DNA of 62,318 nucleotides, filler included, from Globobulimina sp. (GCA_003354225.1; 19 parts of 19 records of this genome joined end to end with filler, not necessarily neighbours in it); one strand, 5' to 3'; shown: positions 23,429-36,780, counted from the whole stretch's first letter. A program made the numbers and translations. The notes: a model not told the origin generated them from the letters alone.

Positions 23429-23512
23429 ATAGAAACAATATACTGTCAGATGGCAACGCTATACTGTCAGATAGAAACAATATAGGGTCAAATGGAAACA
23501 GTATTTGTAGAC
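23429..23512. repeat. 21-bp degenerate minisatellite (about 4 copies)
   Basis: ATAGAAACAATATACTGTCAG / ATGGCAACGCTATACTGTCAG / ATAGAAACAATATAGGGTCAA / ATGGAAACAGTATTTGTAGAC. Confidence 0.7.
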
Positions 23513-23824
23513 TTGTATATACAACAGTATATTGTTTCAGTTGTACATACAGCCTTGTTTTAGATTTATTGGATGGCTCCGAAAGTTCTTGCCATTCTTA
23601 AAACTTTTTTGTACTTAAAAACAACAACAACAATCCATCCCAGCAGAAGAAGGTCAAACATCTCATACAATAGAAAGCCACTTCCATCAAACAAATCAAT
23701 TTAAAGCAAGAATAAGGCGCTCAGTCTCGACTCTCGACCAACAAATACCACCACATATTCCTATCAACGTTTATCTTGCTGACCATCATTAATATCCAGA
23801 TTAAGGCTACCTTCTCAGTGTAAA

Positions 23825-25797
23825 ATGACTAATTTCTTAATTACATTACTATCGATTATTGTATCTTGTCGTGGAGAGTCCCTATTCGACCCAGACCGAA
23901 TCATTTTGAATGACGGTGATGACATTCTTATCATAGCTCAATATTGCAACCATACCGTAATCTCAAATGGCGACTTATACCTCAATATGACCGCAGTTTG
24001 TTTTTGTTATTTTAACCCAGATTCAGGCAATGCGGAGTGTAGCATCCCCGGACCAACCTTGATAATGTACAACGGCACCTCAGTCAACGTGACCTATGCC
24101 AGCGACTTATATGGAGCCCGCGACATTTGCGCCAGCGAAGAAACCTGCGATGAATTCAATTGGTTTACAGATTTAGATGTGTTTAACATGCATCTTCATG
24201 GCGTCTACATCGATCCGACAGGTTACATTTACATAATTTGCATTTTGAACCAACTTAACACATACTTCACAAACCAAATTTTTTGTATCTGTTTGTTTGC
24301 CACTTTTTTGTATCCCGTCTTCCAAAAAAAAATATGTACACAGTCGGACATGATGACGTTGTGTTTACTGACATCCGGCCAGATTTCGACAACATTACTG
24401 GCGATGTGCAGCTTTATAATTACCCGATAATCGCGGAACATTATCCCGGCACTTTCTGGTATCACACCCACCATCACGGCGCCATTACCTTCCATTTAAG
24501 TGTCGGTATGTTTGGTGCAGTATTTATAGAGCATCCGGACGCAGACTACGCCATCGATGCCATCAAAGACAACGTGTTATTTTTCTCGTGGATCCAAGCC
24601 GTGAATGCCAGCACTTGCTTACCGTGCGGCGCTGACAGCGGTTATCGTGGCGGAGTGCCAAATCTATGTACAATTTATTGTTCCTATCCGGAGTCAAAAC
24701 GCAATGTTTCCGGCTATACATACGACGTCAAATCAGATTTCGATGACATGGACTTATTTTTGGTGAATGGGCAGTATCAGCCGGACATTGATGATATGTT
24801 CGTGGATACGTACCGTCGTTTGCGTTTTGTGAACGCTATGGAAGGTTATTGGATCCAATACAAATTTCCTGCGGCTTGCGATTGGTATCAGGTGGGTGCG
24901 GATGGCTACTTTTTGGAGGACACTTTGGATTTATCCGCGGCGTCGCATGCGAATGAGTTGATTTTGCCGATGGGCGCCAGAGCTGACGTGTTGGTGAAAT
25001 GCGACACTGCGGGAACTTATGACATATTGTCCTCGCAAACTAACACTCAAAGCACAGAGCTCGCCAATTTGAACCGCATCACTGCGGATATTGTGCTATT
25101 CTCGCTGGTGGTGAGTGAGTATGATGAGCTTAATACGGATCCACGTAACAATGTGACGGCTTTACCGGCAAAGGCGTCGTATCCTGCAAAGCCGTATTAT
25201 TTATCGAGCGATATTTCCAGCGATGACGATTTGCTCCGAAATTGTGTGTGTAACTCTTATGATGACTTACTTGCAGACTTAGCAGGCAGTGAACTCGAAG
25301 ATGGCCGGTGTTTCATCCAAATGCATGGCACTAATTTAATGAATGGGTTTCCCTTCAAATTGGGTCGTCCCATCACGCAGTTACAGCCAGACAGTAAATT
25401 CGAATTTACCTTTTATCCGACAAACGGGCATATTTTGCATTTGCATCAGTTTCCGATCCAGGTTCAAAGCGATATTGCCAGCTCTTTTATTGCCGCAGCT
25501 TATGAGTGGAGGGATACTGTGGGGAATTATGACAATTCGTGGAAGTTTAGGTTTTATACATATGATTATCAGGGCGCGATTGTGGTGCATTGCCATGTGG
25601 TGAGGGACGCGGATATGGGGATGGCGACGTATTTTGTGGTGACAGATGGTTTATGCAATCCTGTGGATGTTGTAAATGTGAATAGTTCTTCTACAGAGGC
25701 ACCAGAACCGACACCTACAGAGGCGGACAAAACTGGCTCTGTTTTCAATTCAATGTTTGTGTTCGGTGTAGTTAGTGTTGCTGTGTTGGTAAATTAG
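23825..25797 (+). CDS. Secreted/membrane-anchored multicopper oxidase, 2 exons
   Basis: Signal peptide; NMHLHG, GTFWYHTHHHG, HILHLH, HCHVVRDADMGM; intron 24222-24343; S/T/P linker and hydrophobic C-terminus (GPI/TM-like). Confidence 0.9.
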
Positions 25798-26303
25798 TTG
25801 TCGACAAATGTACAGATTTGTTGTTTTTCGTTTTCCAGTTTTTGTTGTTTTGTTTGGATTACTTTTCCAAACGTAAAATATAAATGAGTCGTTTGTGTTT
25901 TTTGTTTTGTTTTGTTTTGTTTATTGATGACTTCATTTATTACTTTTCTTAATATGTACCTCCTGATACACTTTAATATTACTTTCTATGTAATTATGAC
26001 AATATATGTTTGTTTTTTTTGTTTTTGTGTACGTTTTGCTTTTGTGTGACTTAAACAACCATTACATGGTGATTTGTATTTCAGTTTGGTCGTATACATA
26101 TTTATAAAATTTGATATAAATTTAAGTTTCATACTTTTTCAAAATTCGAAATTAATTCTATATTAATATAGAATTAATTTTAGAATTAATTCTAGCATTA
26201 ATANNNNNNNNNNNNNNNNNNNNNNNNNNNNNNNNNNNNNNNNNNNNTTAATTAATTAANNNNNNNNNNNNNNNNNNNNNNNNNNNNNNNNNNNNNNNNN
26301 NNN

Positions 26304-26999
26304 ATTGATACAAACACAAATCTGCCATTTTTAGCATTTGCTATAACCACAGATATAAAACATACCAAACAGCCAATAAGGACAGAACACGTTGTTGCTA
26401 TTTTCAATCAGTCTGCAATTCATTCGCTACTCACATGCAATAATTATAATCAATGGCAGGAATGCAATAATTCTGGATTTGACACAAAAACAATTGTTTC
26501 ATTGTTAATAAATGGTGAAACATTCAATAAGTTTGACGTTGAAGATTCAATTTGGATGCATTTATCAGATGGAACAAGGAATTCGAATTCGAATACTTTT
26601 TATATAAACTTCCAATGGATCAATATCAGGATTTGCTTACTTTGTTTGGCATCAATTTGCTTCTTTGGTTTATTTGTATTGGTTTGTATGCATTCGGATT
26701 CTGCGGATGATGATTGGTTGTATTTAGTTGGGATCACAGTGTGTGTTTTCAATGTATTGTATGCAGTGCTGTTTGCAATATGCAACGGCCGCCCACATAC
26801 CACTGACCGTAGGCTGTTAATTTGCTTCGTGCGCCTTTTTGTTGGAATGCTTTCCTGTGTCACCTTCATGGTTTCATCAGCATATTCATCAGCACTTTCA
26901 TACGGCATTGAAACAAATGAAACAGTACAAAAAATGTGCTCGCTGATTCAAATTGCTTTGGGTATTTGTTTAATATTTTTAAGTTGCGAGACATATTAA
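26304..26999 (+). CDS. Multi-pass membrane protein, 5'-truncated
   Basis: Four hydrophobic helices at the end of the ORF. Confidence 0.5.
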   Translation: MDTNTNLPFLAFAITTDIKHTKQPIRTEHVVAIFNQSAIHSLLTCNNYNQWQECNNSGFDTKTIVSLLINGETFNKFDVEDSIWMHLSDGTRNSNSNTFYINFQWINIRICLLCLASICFFGLFVLVCMHSDSADDDWLYLVGITVCVFNVLYAVLFAICNGRPHTTDRRLLICFVRLFVGMLSCVTFMVSSAYSSALSYGIETNETVQKMCSLIQIALGICLIFLSCETY

Positions 27000-27239
27000 T
27001 CATTATATGACGATGAAAACCTATTTTGCTATAGCTTTGTGCTAAGTTTCTTATAACTTTGTCTTGGGTTTGCATAGCACAAACTTTAACTGAATGGAAT
27101 GTATACAAAAGGTGCTCTAAAATACTTTACTTTAAACGATGAGTTTTGATACATAACCCACCCGAACCCGCCCCTTTATATACATATCGAACCTTCGCTT
27201 TGCAAATGTAAATTTTCTTTGCATAAATCATATACAAAA

Positions 27240-27262
27240 TATCGACCAGAGGGGGGTTATCT
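27240..27262. repeat. Remnant of MITE family B terminus
   Basis: TATCGACCAGAGGGGGGTTATCT resembles the reverse complement of 13425-13450. Confidence 0.45.
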
Positions 27263-27288
27263 ATTCAAATAAAACTCATCGTTAAGAC

Positions 27289-29152
27289 ATGTCAAGCATT
27301 GAAGTGGTAGAGCCAGAGTCATCTGGTACAACCGAACAAAAAATACCAACTTTCAATGAATACAAACTACAATCACCATCACCTGAAGAAGTGGCTAAAT
27401 ATGAGTCGTTTGACAGTGATGAGGATGAAACTGCATTTGGAACCACAATATCTGATGATGACTATATGGGACAATATAAAAAACATAACCGAATGATTAC
27501 AACCGGCAAATTGCGCGTAAACTCCAGCTTATTATCACCAATAATTGACACCAAAGGACATGTTGCATTCTCCGCCAGCACTGACATGAATGCAACACAT
27601 GCACAGCACAGCATTACTGATAACAGCACTGTCCATGCTATGGCACAAGGTATCATATATAATTCACTCATCATTTAATACATCAACTCAACAATAAACA
27701 GCTGCCAAATATTACAATGAGTTGCATTTCAAAGATGATAAACAGTCTCAAGTTCCATTGCCAAACGCTGAAAACTTTGAATGTCGAACATTAGAATACG
27801 GCCAAAACGCGTTATTCCATAAGGAAAAAGAGCAATATTTTGCAGACATATCAAAGAATGCGAGACGGCATGTTTTAATAAATTTGCACGTTTCACGAAT
27901 CACTGAAATTGATACAGTCCTCGAACGCTTTCGTTGTAAGTTTTGGATCTCATTTAGTTGGTTACCAACATTTTCAGAATGGACTGATCATCAACTTTGC
28001 AAGAAATTGAATACTTTGAGCGAATGGAGGCCATTATGGATCCCAAATATTACATTTCCCGAATTATTACAAAATCATAAAATGATCTATGCAGAAAAAC
28101 CAAATACGGGCATGTTTACTATCACTCCTTTATATGGCAAAGAGGAGGAAATTGGATATGATCCTTCGTATTGTAAGTTTATTAAATGTCGCTTAGAATG
28201 CGATCTTACTTTTTCAACTGGCTTTTTTTTAATTAATTTCCCGGTCGATTGTCAGGTACGTACTGTATATATACATTGGATCTGAATGTGTTAATTTACA
28301 TTCATATAAACGTTTTCATCAAATAAAATCCTTGTATTTGATAAGGATTTGCCAATATCAATTAATGAGACATCCGCTGGCTGTGTGTTTGTAGCAGAAA
28401 AACGAAAACGATCATTTGCCAGTGTTCATACAATGTCATCGGTGATGGAAGAATGGGAGTTTTTGAATATGATGATCGAAATCGGTCAGTTAGTGACTGG
28501 TATCAATGAGTCATCATTGGCTCAATTAAAGGTTCGATTGAAAATGCAGAGGAGATATGAAGTATATTTATGGAATGTTGTTTTTTTTATGGCATTAATA
28601 TCGGGTTTGACATTGTGTTCCTTTGCTGTGGATGATGCAGATTTAGGTGAAAGATTAGCAATTATTATCACATTGTTATTAACATCCGTTGCTTATCAAT
28701 CTTCTGTATTTTCTACATTACCCAATGTGCCGTATTTAACTCTTTTGGATAAATATATTGTGACCAGCTTTGTGTTTATGACTTTGGTTACTGTGGAAAC
28801 TGCAATGTTGGGGACAAAATATGCGGATAATGATACGCATAATAATTTATTATTTGCTATGTCGGCGACAATATTCATCGGATATCATGTTGTTTTTTTG
28901 CTTGTAGCCAGTTTCAAAAAGCGGTTTGAATTAAAAAAATTGCATATGCCTGCAAAGACTATGGCTGCTTTATACTCGCAATCAAGAGAAAGAATGCAAG
29001 TGGAATGGAAATCGGAAACCAAAGTTGGCTCAAATTGGAAAATATACACAAAATATCCAAAAAAATTGATAACAAAAGCTATTGATGGGAAAGACATTTA
29101 TGCATCGAAAAAGAAAATAAATAAAAGAAAATCGAAAGCTGATATTTTCTAA
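27289..29152 (+). CDS. Cys-less pentameric ligand-gated ion channel, 3 exons
   Basis: ITEIDT..ERF, WIPNITF, Pro-loop NFPVDCQ, M1-M4 with LGERLAIIITLLLT and LPNVPYLTLLDKY; introns 27650-27701 and 28256-28345. Confidence 0.9.
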
Positions 29153-30191
29153 ATTATAAATCGTCAGAAATCTTCTTTTGTGCATGTGTAAACTAGTTTT
29201 TTTGTGTTGAGATCAAAATATAAAAGTCGTCTGCAAGTGTCGTTCATGTCACTAAATCAGGCGGGGCGGACGCAACGATTGTAACATGGAGAGGTCACGT
29301 GGGTAATGATCGGAGATAATGCATTTCAGTATTTCGTCAGTAGTAATCATCCGTATATTCAATCTTTTGATTAAAGAAGATTAAAAGTAAAAAGTTTGTG
29401 GATTTTGGATCTTTTTTGAATTCGTCTCTACCCATAAACCTATAACAAACGTATACAATAAGTAAACAATTGTAAACAAAAAAAGAACNNNNNNNNNNNN
29501 NNNNNNNNNNNNNNNNNNNNNNNNNNNNNNNNTTAATTAATTAANNNNNNNNNNNNNNNNNNNNNNNNNNNNNNNNNNNNNNNNNNNNCTAATATATTTT
29601 CTTTTTGTTTTTTCTTTTAGTTTTTTTACAATTAAAAAATAATAATATTGTATAAATATATTTAAATAACACAGCAAAAGATAAATTAAAGTAAATTAGA
29701 CACGAAAAGTAATAAGAAATTTCTTGATTTGTCTGTGTTTGGTGGGTTTGAGTGAGTGTTACAACAAAAAGGGGTACAAAGGAGTGCATACATGGATGTT
29801 TGGTGTGTTATGGGTGGTATTACGAAGGTGGATCAAGGCGATGATACACAATCACTGATTCGGCGTGAAGTATTTGTGTGAATCTTGCGTTTGTGGTTTG
29901 GTGAAGTGGTGAATATGATGACCGCTGTCTCGGCGCTGGTTCCTTGTCTTCTTGCATTAAGGGGTTGCAACAAAGAATAAACCGTTTTAGGCTAAAAAGG
30001 AGTTGGTTTCTTTTGTTTGGGAGGGATGTAGAGTTGATGTAGGAGAGTGAAAAAGTTTGAGGTTTTTTTTGTTGATTATAATAAAACTTTTTTTTCGTTT
30101 CTAAAAGTGTCCTCGTGTTAATCATCCAAACACCGCTTCGGATTTGTCAACAACGGACGGAGAGTGTTAGCTAAACTCTGCAGATCGTACT

Positions 30192-31503
30192 ATGCCAGAA
30201 GTAGCCGACTCATTGTCGAATTTGTTATTCCTCGATAAAAATGCATACAGACTCTGGATAGTTTTATTCTTTTCATATTATACCGCCTCCATCATCACCG
30301 ATACATTATTATCCATTCAAAACATTATTTTAGGTCTCTTCATCAACCTCGTCCTCGCCCTAATCATCGATATTTTTTATTATTTTTTGCATATCGCTTA
30401 TTACGATCCGCCCACTGCAGTGGTTCGCGGTTACTGTGTCAGCGCTTTTTGTAACGATACCTTGCATTCAAAAGGCATCGATTACGGCTTTAATTTCTAT
30501 GATGGAGATTACAATAAAACCGCCAAGAATGCACAAATTGACAAATTCAAATTCGCCATCAAACATTTGGGCATCAAAAAAGGTAATGACATCCTCCATA
30601 TTTTCATTATAAACGCACAAAAATACGCGTTGTACTCACAAATTACTCGAAATCAGCCTATATTTTTGCGCATTTATACTGAAAGGTGACTCCCTGATTG
30701 ATATTGGCTGTGGTTGTGGTGACTGGTTATCCTATTTACAGAAGGAGATGCAATGTCGTGTGGTGGGTGTGAATATCACCGAAGTGCAAGCCGTTGAGTG
30801 CCGCGATCGTGGCCTAACGTGTTACGGCACCGACTGGAAAAATATTGCACAGAACGAAGAGTTGAAGCAAGCATTGTATGGCAAATTCAACTTTGTGACT
30901 TTCTGGGATACGGTGGAACATTATGTGGCGATGGGACAAGGTTTAAATCGCAGGGAAGACCGCGCCGTTATATATCAAGACATGTTCAAATTAGCCGACA
31001 ATTTATTGACCACAGAGGACGCGAATAAGCAAAATCGAATTTGGATTTCATGCTTACATATGAGAAAAAGGATATTTTCGTATGACTTTTTATTTCATCC
31101 CATTAAATATTACGCTTCGTTCAAAAAGATGTTTAATTTATATATTGTGGATAAATTTCATTCTGGTTTTTATCCTTCGTATTATCACGAATCGGATGGG
31201 AAATGGCACGATGAGTTGGTGGACAATGCCAAGGTGACGGGCTTTGATTTACATTTTAGGAAAGATGTGACTTTGGACTATTATATGACGTCTGTGATTA
31301 ACGCGACACATTTCGGCCGACATAGATTTAAATTGACGTTTAAACGGATTGTGGCTTTGATAGGTTTATATTTCCTCGATCCATATTGGTTTCATCGAAT
31401 TGTATGGTTTTTTCAAGAATCGTGGATGTTACAATTTGATCCCAATGATATTAATGATTCAGATACAATTTTATGGTGGTTAGTTCTTGAAAAAGCAAAA
31501 TAA
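30192..31503 (+). CDS. SAM-dependent methyltransferase, cyclopropane-fatty-acid synthase-like, N-terminal TM helices, 2 exons
   Basis: AQIDKF..LGIKKG|DSLIDIGCGCG, VVGVNITEVQ, DTVEH; intron 30583-30685 restores SAM motif I. Confidence 0.8.
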
Positions 31504-31763
31504 GGAAATAGTTTTGTTATATGTCCATTATGTTGACAGTGGCAGTTGTTTTCTGTCGCAGTTGTTTTTTGTTTTCGTTTTCGTTTTTATTCATTTCTTC
31601 CTTGTACTATCCTATTTTTTGTCTTTTTATGGTAGAAATTATGACCTTGATGTATGTATATTTTTTTATATTAATGATGTCGCGATTTATAATTATCATA
31701 ACGTTGAGTGCAAGGACAGATCGAGTATTCTAAAAAAACGAGTGAAAAAACCTTGTATTTATC

Positions 31764-32773
31764 ATGGTTCTCAACAAAACAAAATTCCACAGGTTCCTCA
31801 ACAGAACATCAATTAACAGTTATTCTACTCATATCAAAGTTGCATCAATCGACGATTTACGAGCATCCATTTTACAAAAATCTGGTTTGGAATACATCAA
31901 CAATACCAAATTGGAATACAAATCAGTATACAATTGGAAACCATGCAGTGATATTTTAAAAAGTAATAACAAAATGAAAAATATTGAACAATTATCAAGC
32001 CATGATTTGTTAAACGATGTACCGGCTGTATTATCCCCGCTATTACAAGATTTTGACCTACACCGAATGCAACAATATCGACTGGATCGCATCCGTCAAT
32101 CATTACGGAGCAATAACTGCGATGTTGGTTTATTCTTTGACCCAACAAATATCCGATATATTACTGACGTGCCAAACATGCAAGTATGGGTTAAAGGGAA
32201 TCCATTCAGATATGTCGCAGTGAGTGCTGACGAGAGAGATCCTTTGTTATTATTTGAATTCAAAGCTTCAGAACATTTAGGCACGACATTAAGACCTGAC
32301 ATTATTGAAACAGCGCACCGATCCAAAGTGCCACTGTTTATTATAGATACACAAAAACAGCAACAGCAATTAAGTCTGTTTATAACCGATCTAATGCAGC
32401 AAATCGATTTACATTTTGTGGAATTACGGGACAATAAATCTAAAATAAATTTGTCTGTGGATGTAGGCAGAACCAATGTGCTCATGACGTTGATGAATGA
32501 GCCACGTTTAAATATAATGGATGGCTTTGGCATTGCTGAAAAAGCGCGTTTGCGCAAAAATAACGATGAATATCTATGCCTGAAACTAAGTTGTGAGGTG
32601 GCCAATATTGCAACATATCGAATGAGAGAGTATCTGCATACACATATGGCGAATGGTGATGTTATTACTGATAATGAAATATTTGCCATTCTGAGCGGCA
32701 CCAATGTGGAATATGGAGGTGAATATTTAGAATGCAAGTTATTAGGTTCTGGACAAAAATCAAATCCATGGTA
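31764..32773 (+). CDS. dddP: M24 (creatinase/aminopeptidase P fold) protein resembling DMSP lyase DddP, 3'-truncated
   Basis: DLHRMQQYRLDR, FDPTNIRYITDVPNMQVW..NPFR, EKAR..K..DE, GGEYLECKLLGSGQKSNPW; parallels remembered DddP motifs FDPLNIRYATDSTNMQLW..NPFR and GGEWIETRLLASGPRTNPW. Confidence 0.72.
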
Positions 32774-33451
32774 NNNNNNNNNNNNNNNNNNNNNNNNNNN
32801 NNNNNNNNNNNNNNNNNTTAATTAATTAANNNNNNNNNNNNNNNNNNNNNNNNNNNNNNNNNNNNNNNNNNNNACCTTGAGAAACGTTTCTATCTACAGC
32901 GGGACAGAAGAATCGCAAAGTTCTAAAATCCCAAAAGTCTATGAATCCTAAAACATGAACGACAATGATTATGAAAATATGTATAATAATGGCTTTGCTT
33001 GTTGTTGAACCATCCATTCATAAAATTCTGAGGTTTCATCAACATTATTATGCTCTCCACTATATCCTGTTCCTTCGACATTAAAACTCATCACTTATAT
33101 TTGCAAAAACACTTTGAATATCGCAGGCTGGAATAAGTGGAATTTCAAATTAACAAATAATATTAATCATATTTTTTTGTTCAAAAAAATCAAAACAAAA
33201 CGCAAGTATTTTGAACCAAAAAAAAGGCAATGAAGACTGAAATAAAAAATAAACAAATACATTAAACAGCAAAAAAAATCAAACAACCAAAAACGTAACG
33301 AATATGCAAGTGAAAGAAAGTAACTTGACATTATAAAGCACACTACAAAAGTACAAAATATTCAACACAACAAAAAAAGACAATATATTTATTGAAAACA
33401 ATTGGATTTATATTTAAAAATACATATTTTCATCTGACACATTACTCATAT

Positions 33452-36057
33452 TCACCAAGTTTCATTCTCAATGACCGAATTATTTGAATTTGATTTCTCA
33501 TTCTTAACATGCTTGGTTTCCGAGGATTGTTTATTGCCATTCCGATCAACTTTGGGCGGGATCTCTTCCACTTTGATTAAAAACGTATCATTCTTATGTT
33601 TTCCATTTAGTTTCCTTTTCACCTTCGCGTTTTTCGTGTTTTCCTTGCCAACATTGCCATATCCATAGCTGCCATAATCCTTCGTCGAATATTGTTTGTG
33701 CACAAAGACGCTCGCCGACTTTTCAATGAATTCCGCATCACCCACCGCAGCCACTGCCTCTTCCTCGTCATATTCAATTTGTTTCTCCTCATTCTCGTCA
33801 TGAACCTCATCATCCGTCGCATTATTATTCTGATTGCCGTTATTCGGCTCCATTTCCGTATACTTTGCGTAAGATTGATTGATGGAATCGTCCACATAAT
33901 CGGAATAATCCTCGTCATTCTCATCAACATCATACAAAATGTCATTGGTGAGGGTGAGGTTGGGCGAGATCGGCGGCGTAATATCTATTGGCTGCGGCGT
34001 GGCCATCTCGGAGTTCGTATACTCACTGGGCGTGGCTTGGATCACCACCGAAGCGGTCGAGTTGAAGGCGTCGTGCTTGATGTTGCTGCTGCTCTCCTTG
34101 CTGCTGTTGGTATTTTTCCTTTGTTTGGGCACTTTAATGCTGACATCAAACCTTTTCCCCATTTGCCGTTTGGACTCGTTCAAAATTGAATTTTTGATAT
34201 CTTTCAAATCGAATAAGTTCGCTTTGTTAAAATTCAATATCGAGCCTGAACGCATGTGTTTTGAGGCCTGACTGGAACGCACCACGTTGCTCAACAACGG
34301 CAATAAGTGTTGTTTCAGCCGAATGATTGTGTCTTGTTCGCATTTCTTTTCTTCTTCGTGGCTGAGCACCAATCTCTTGTGGATATTGATCATTTTCCCG
34401 TTGCTTTTGTGTTGTTGGTATTGATTATATTTCTCTTCCTTACAGACTCTCGTTAGCGACTCGGGCAAAGGGTCGATGAATTGGAATAAGAAGTTCTTAT
34501 CTTGCGGTAGTTTGAGTTGCTTTCGTTTGGTTAATTTGAGCGCGATGACAGAGACTAAGGGCGTGAGGTTTATGTATTCGTGATCCAATGCGGGGTCACT
34601 GGGCAAATTGATGATGGATTTGTTGGTAGATTTGATATTGATGGATTTATTGGGCTCGAACTCCACTTTGATGGGTGATAAATATGACGCTAATACTAAT
34701 ATATTTGCAATTTGTTTAAATTGCTGCGAGTCAATGAATAATAAGTTATTGTTTTCAGTCACATCGAAGATGATATTGATAATGTTTAAGACCGATACAT
34801 ACCACAATTTGCTGCCATATTCGATGAATTTGCATAAAGCACTTAAGCCGCCGCGGAAGACACTGATGGAAGGGAATAATTTGAAATAAGTCTTGCAACA
34901 TTCCGTCAAAAACTCATTAAAGTTCTTATACAGTTGAATATTTTTGCATTGTTTGATCATTTCCTGACATTCGCGTTGGTAATGCGACAAGACATGGACC
35001 AAACGATCACAATTTGTATTCCGAATGGGTTTATTGCCGATTTGTATGCGTAGCATATGCGACAACACCGTCAAATGTAACAATTTATTGGACTTTGCCG
35101 GTATCTCTGTGGATAACAAACAACACAGTTTCTCCAACATCGCCAAAGAAGGCTCGAATAAGGACTCTCTGGCTAACGAATGTTGCAATTGCATGGCAAT
35201 GATCTGGTCGATATTCTTGTTATTAAAGGATAAGATGTCGTGCATATCACATATTACATTGGCAATGGGGCTATTATTCATATCCAATGACAAGAATTTG
35301 TTCCAAAATGCCAATGCAGATTTATGTATGGATTCGTGTTGTAATGACAATAAAATATACGCCAAAGTCAATGCAATTTTATACTGATCATTCTCCCATT
35401 TCGCGGCCTTTCTAGAGAGGCCGTTCTGTAATATCCGCAAAATCATAGTAAATAAGGCCGTGGGATAATGGGTCTGCTTTATACAGTGATAGGTGATGAG
35501 TGATAATTGCACCAATAGGTCGTAATTCAGTGTGTACGAATCCAACGCATCAAACACCTGCACACTATACATGGTAATATCCGGCTTATTCGACTGCAAT
35601 GCCCAGGAAATGGCCAAATCACTCCACAATTTACACATTTCCGGGTTGTATTTCTTCCACACCATAATGCCTACGTTATTATTGTCAGAAACATGGTGAT
35701 CGTCGTCATCGTCGATGCGGAAATATTTCGCCAAACGCAACACGATATCATCGAAAGTGTTTTTATAATTATTGGTCTGTGACACGGCTGCGTTTTGTAG
35801 TAATAATGGGATATATTTCTTAAATGGATTAATGATCTTATTATCCAATAACTTATTGATCAGTTTGAAAGCAGATTGTTCCGTCGATTTGATAGTATCT
35901 TTGTTTTTAATCTTCTTTTTCTTTTTATTCTTGTTATTCACGCGTTGCTGCGCATATTTATACTGATTGCACTGCGCCGGTTCTACCGGGAATTCGTCGG
36001 GTTATCTATGAAATGATTTGATCACACCCTGCGCCAACAAGTACAGGTTCGTATTGT
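33452..36057 (-). CDS. Large helical protein, possibly Furry/Tao3 (MOR2-PAG1) C-terminal region, 5'-truncated
   Basis: 829+ codons; WSDLAISWAL...SVQVFDAL resembles Furry/Tao3 W..AL.WA...RS.Q.FRAL; acidic disordered tail. Confidence 0.45.
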
Positions 36058-36503
36058 NNNNNNNNNNNNNNNNNNNNNNNNNNNNNNNNNNNNNNNNNNN
36101 NTTAATTAATTAANNNNNNNNNNNNNNNNNNNNNNNNNNNNNNNNNNNNNNNNNNNNCTGTAAACTCCTGGATCTCTCCTTTTAAAGGCCCTTCAATATG
36201 AACGATACTTACAATAATATTCGGTTTATTAATCATAATACCATCGGGTTAGGGATTTTATAGTCGTAATTGCGGAGATATCTTATAAAATTAAAGAATT
36301 GATGGATCTGCTGAAAAAATGCGATAAATATTTGCTAAAAGTATATATCTGATGTTACAATTCCCAATATTCATTCATGCAGCCGGTCTTAACAATTTTC
36401 TACTCAGTTGAATTATTTTCAATACATATAACATCCTTAATTACTGAATTCAAGGCGAATAGAAGTTATTAAATATTGCGTCAGATCATGGGAGGAATCG
36501 GTT

Positions 36504-36780
36504 ATGGTTTTCAAACGTAAATGCTTATCCTGGTTTTTACGGTTTTGTATCGGACTGTCGCTGCTGGTTTTATGTTCGTGCAGCAACAGCAGCAGTGATG
36601 ACGGCAGCACCGGCAGTGTCTCGTTTAACCTGGACTGGAAATCAGCAGCAACATCCCAGTCAGCTGTCAGCCTGACGGCCACCGGGGACATATGCACGGA
36701 TTACAACATTGACGAGACAAATGGGATACAGACAACTCTCTCCAATACATCAACCGGTTATAATAAAACATTTGAATTCC
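36504..36780 (+). CDS. 5' fragment of a bacterial-type lipoprotein gene
   Basis: GGAGGA Shine-Dalgarno just upstream of ATG; basic N-terminus, hydrophobic stretch, lipobox LCS-C, SNSSSDDGSTG linker; GC-richer codons; runs into eukaryotic DNA. Confidence 0.7.

Noticed and set aside
23429-23512. 21-bp repeat as a CRISPR array or iteron set
   Set aside because: The units are contiguous and degenerate with no unique spacers, which fits a minisatellite.
26149-26194. Perfect 32-bp palindrome followed by a 14-bp palindrome
   Set aside because: It is almost pure AT and sits at a contig edge; it may be a repeat end or assembly artefact, and no function can be supported.
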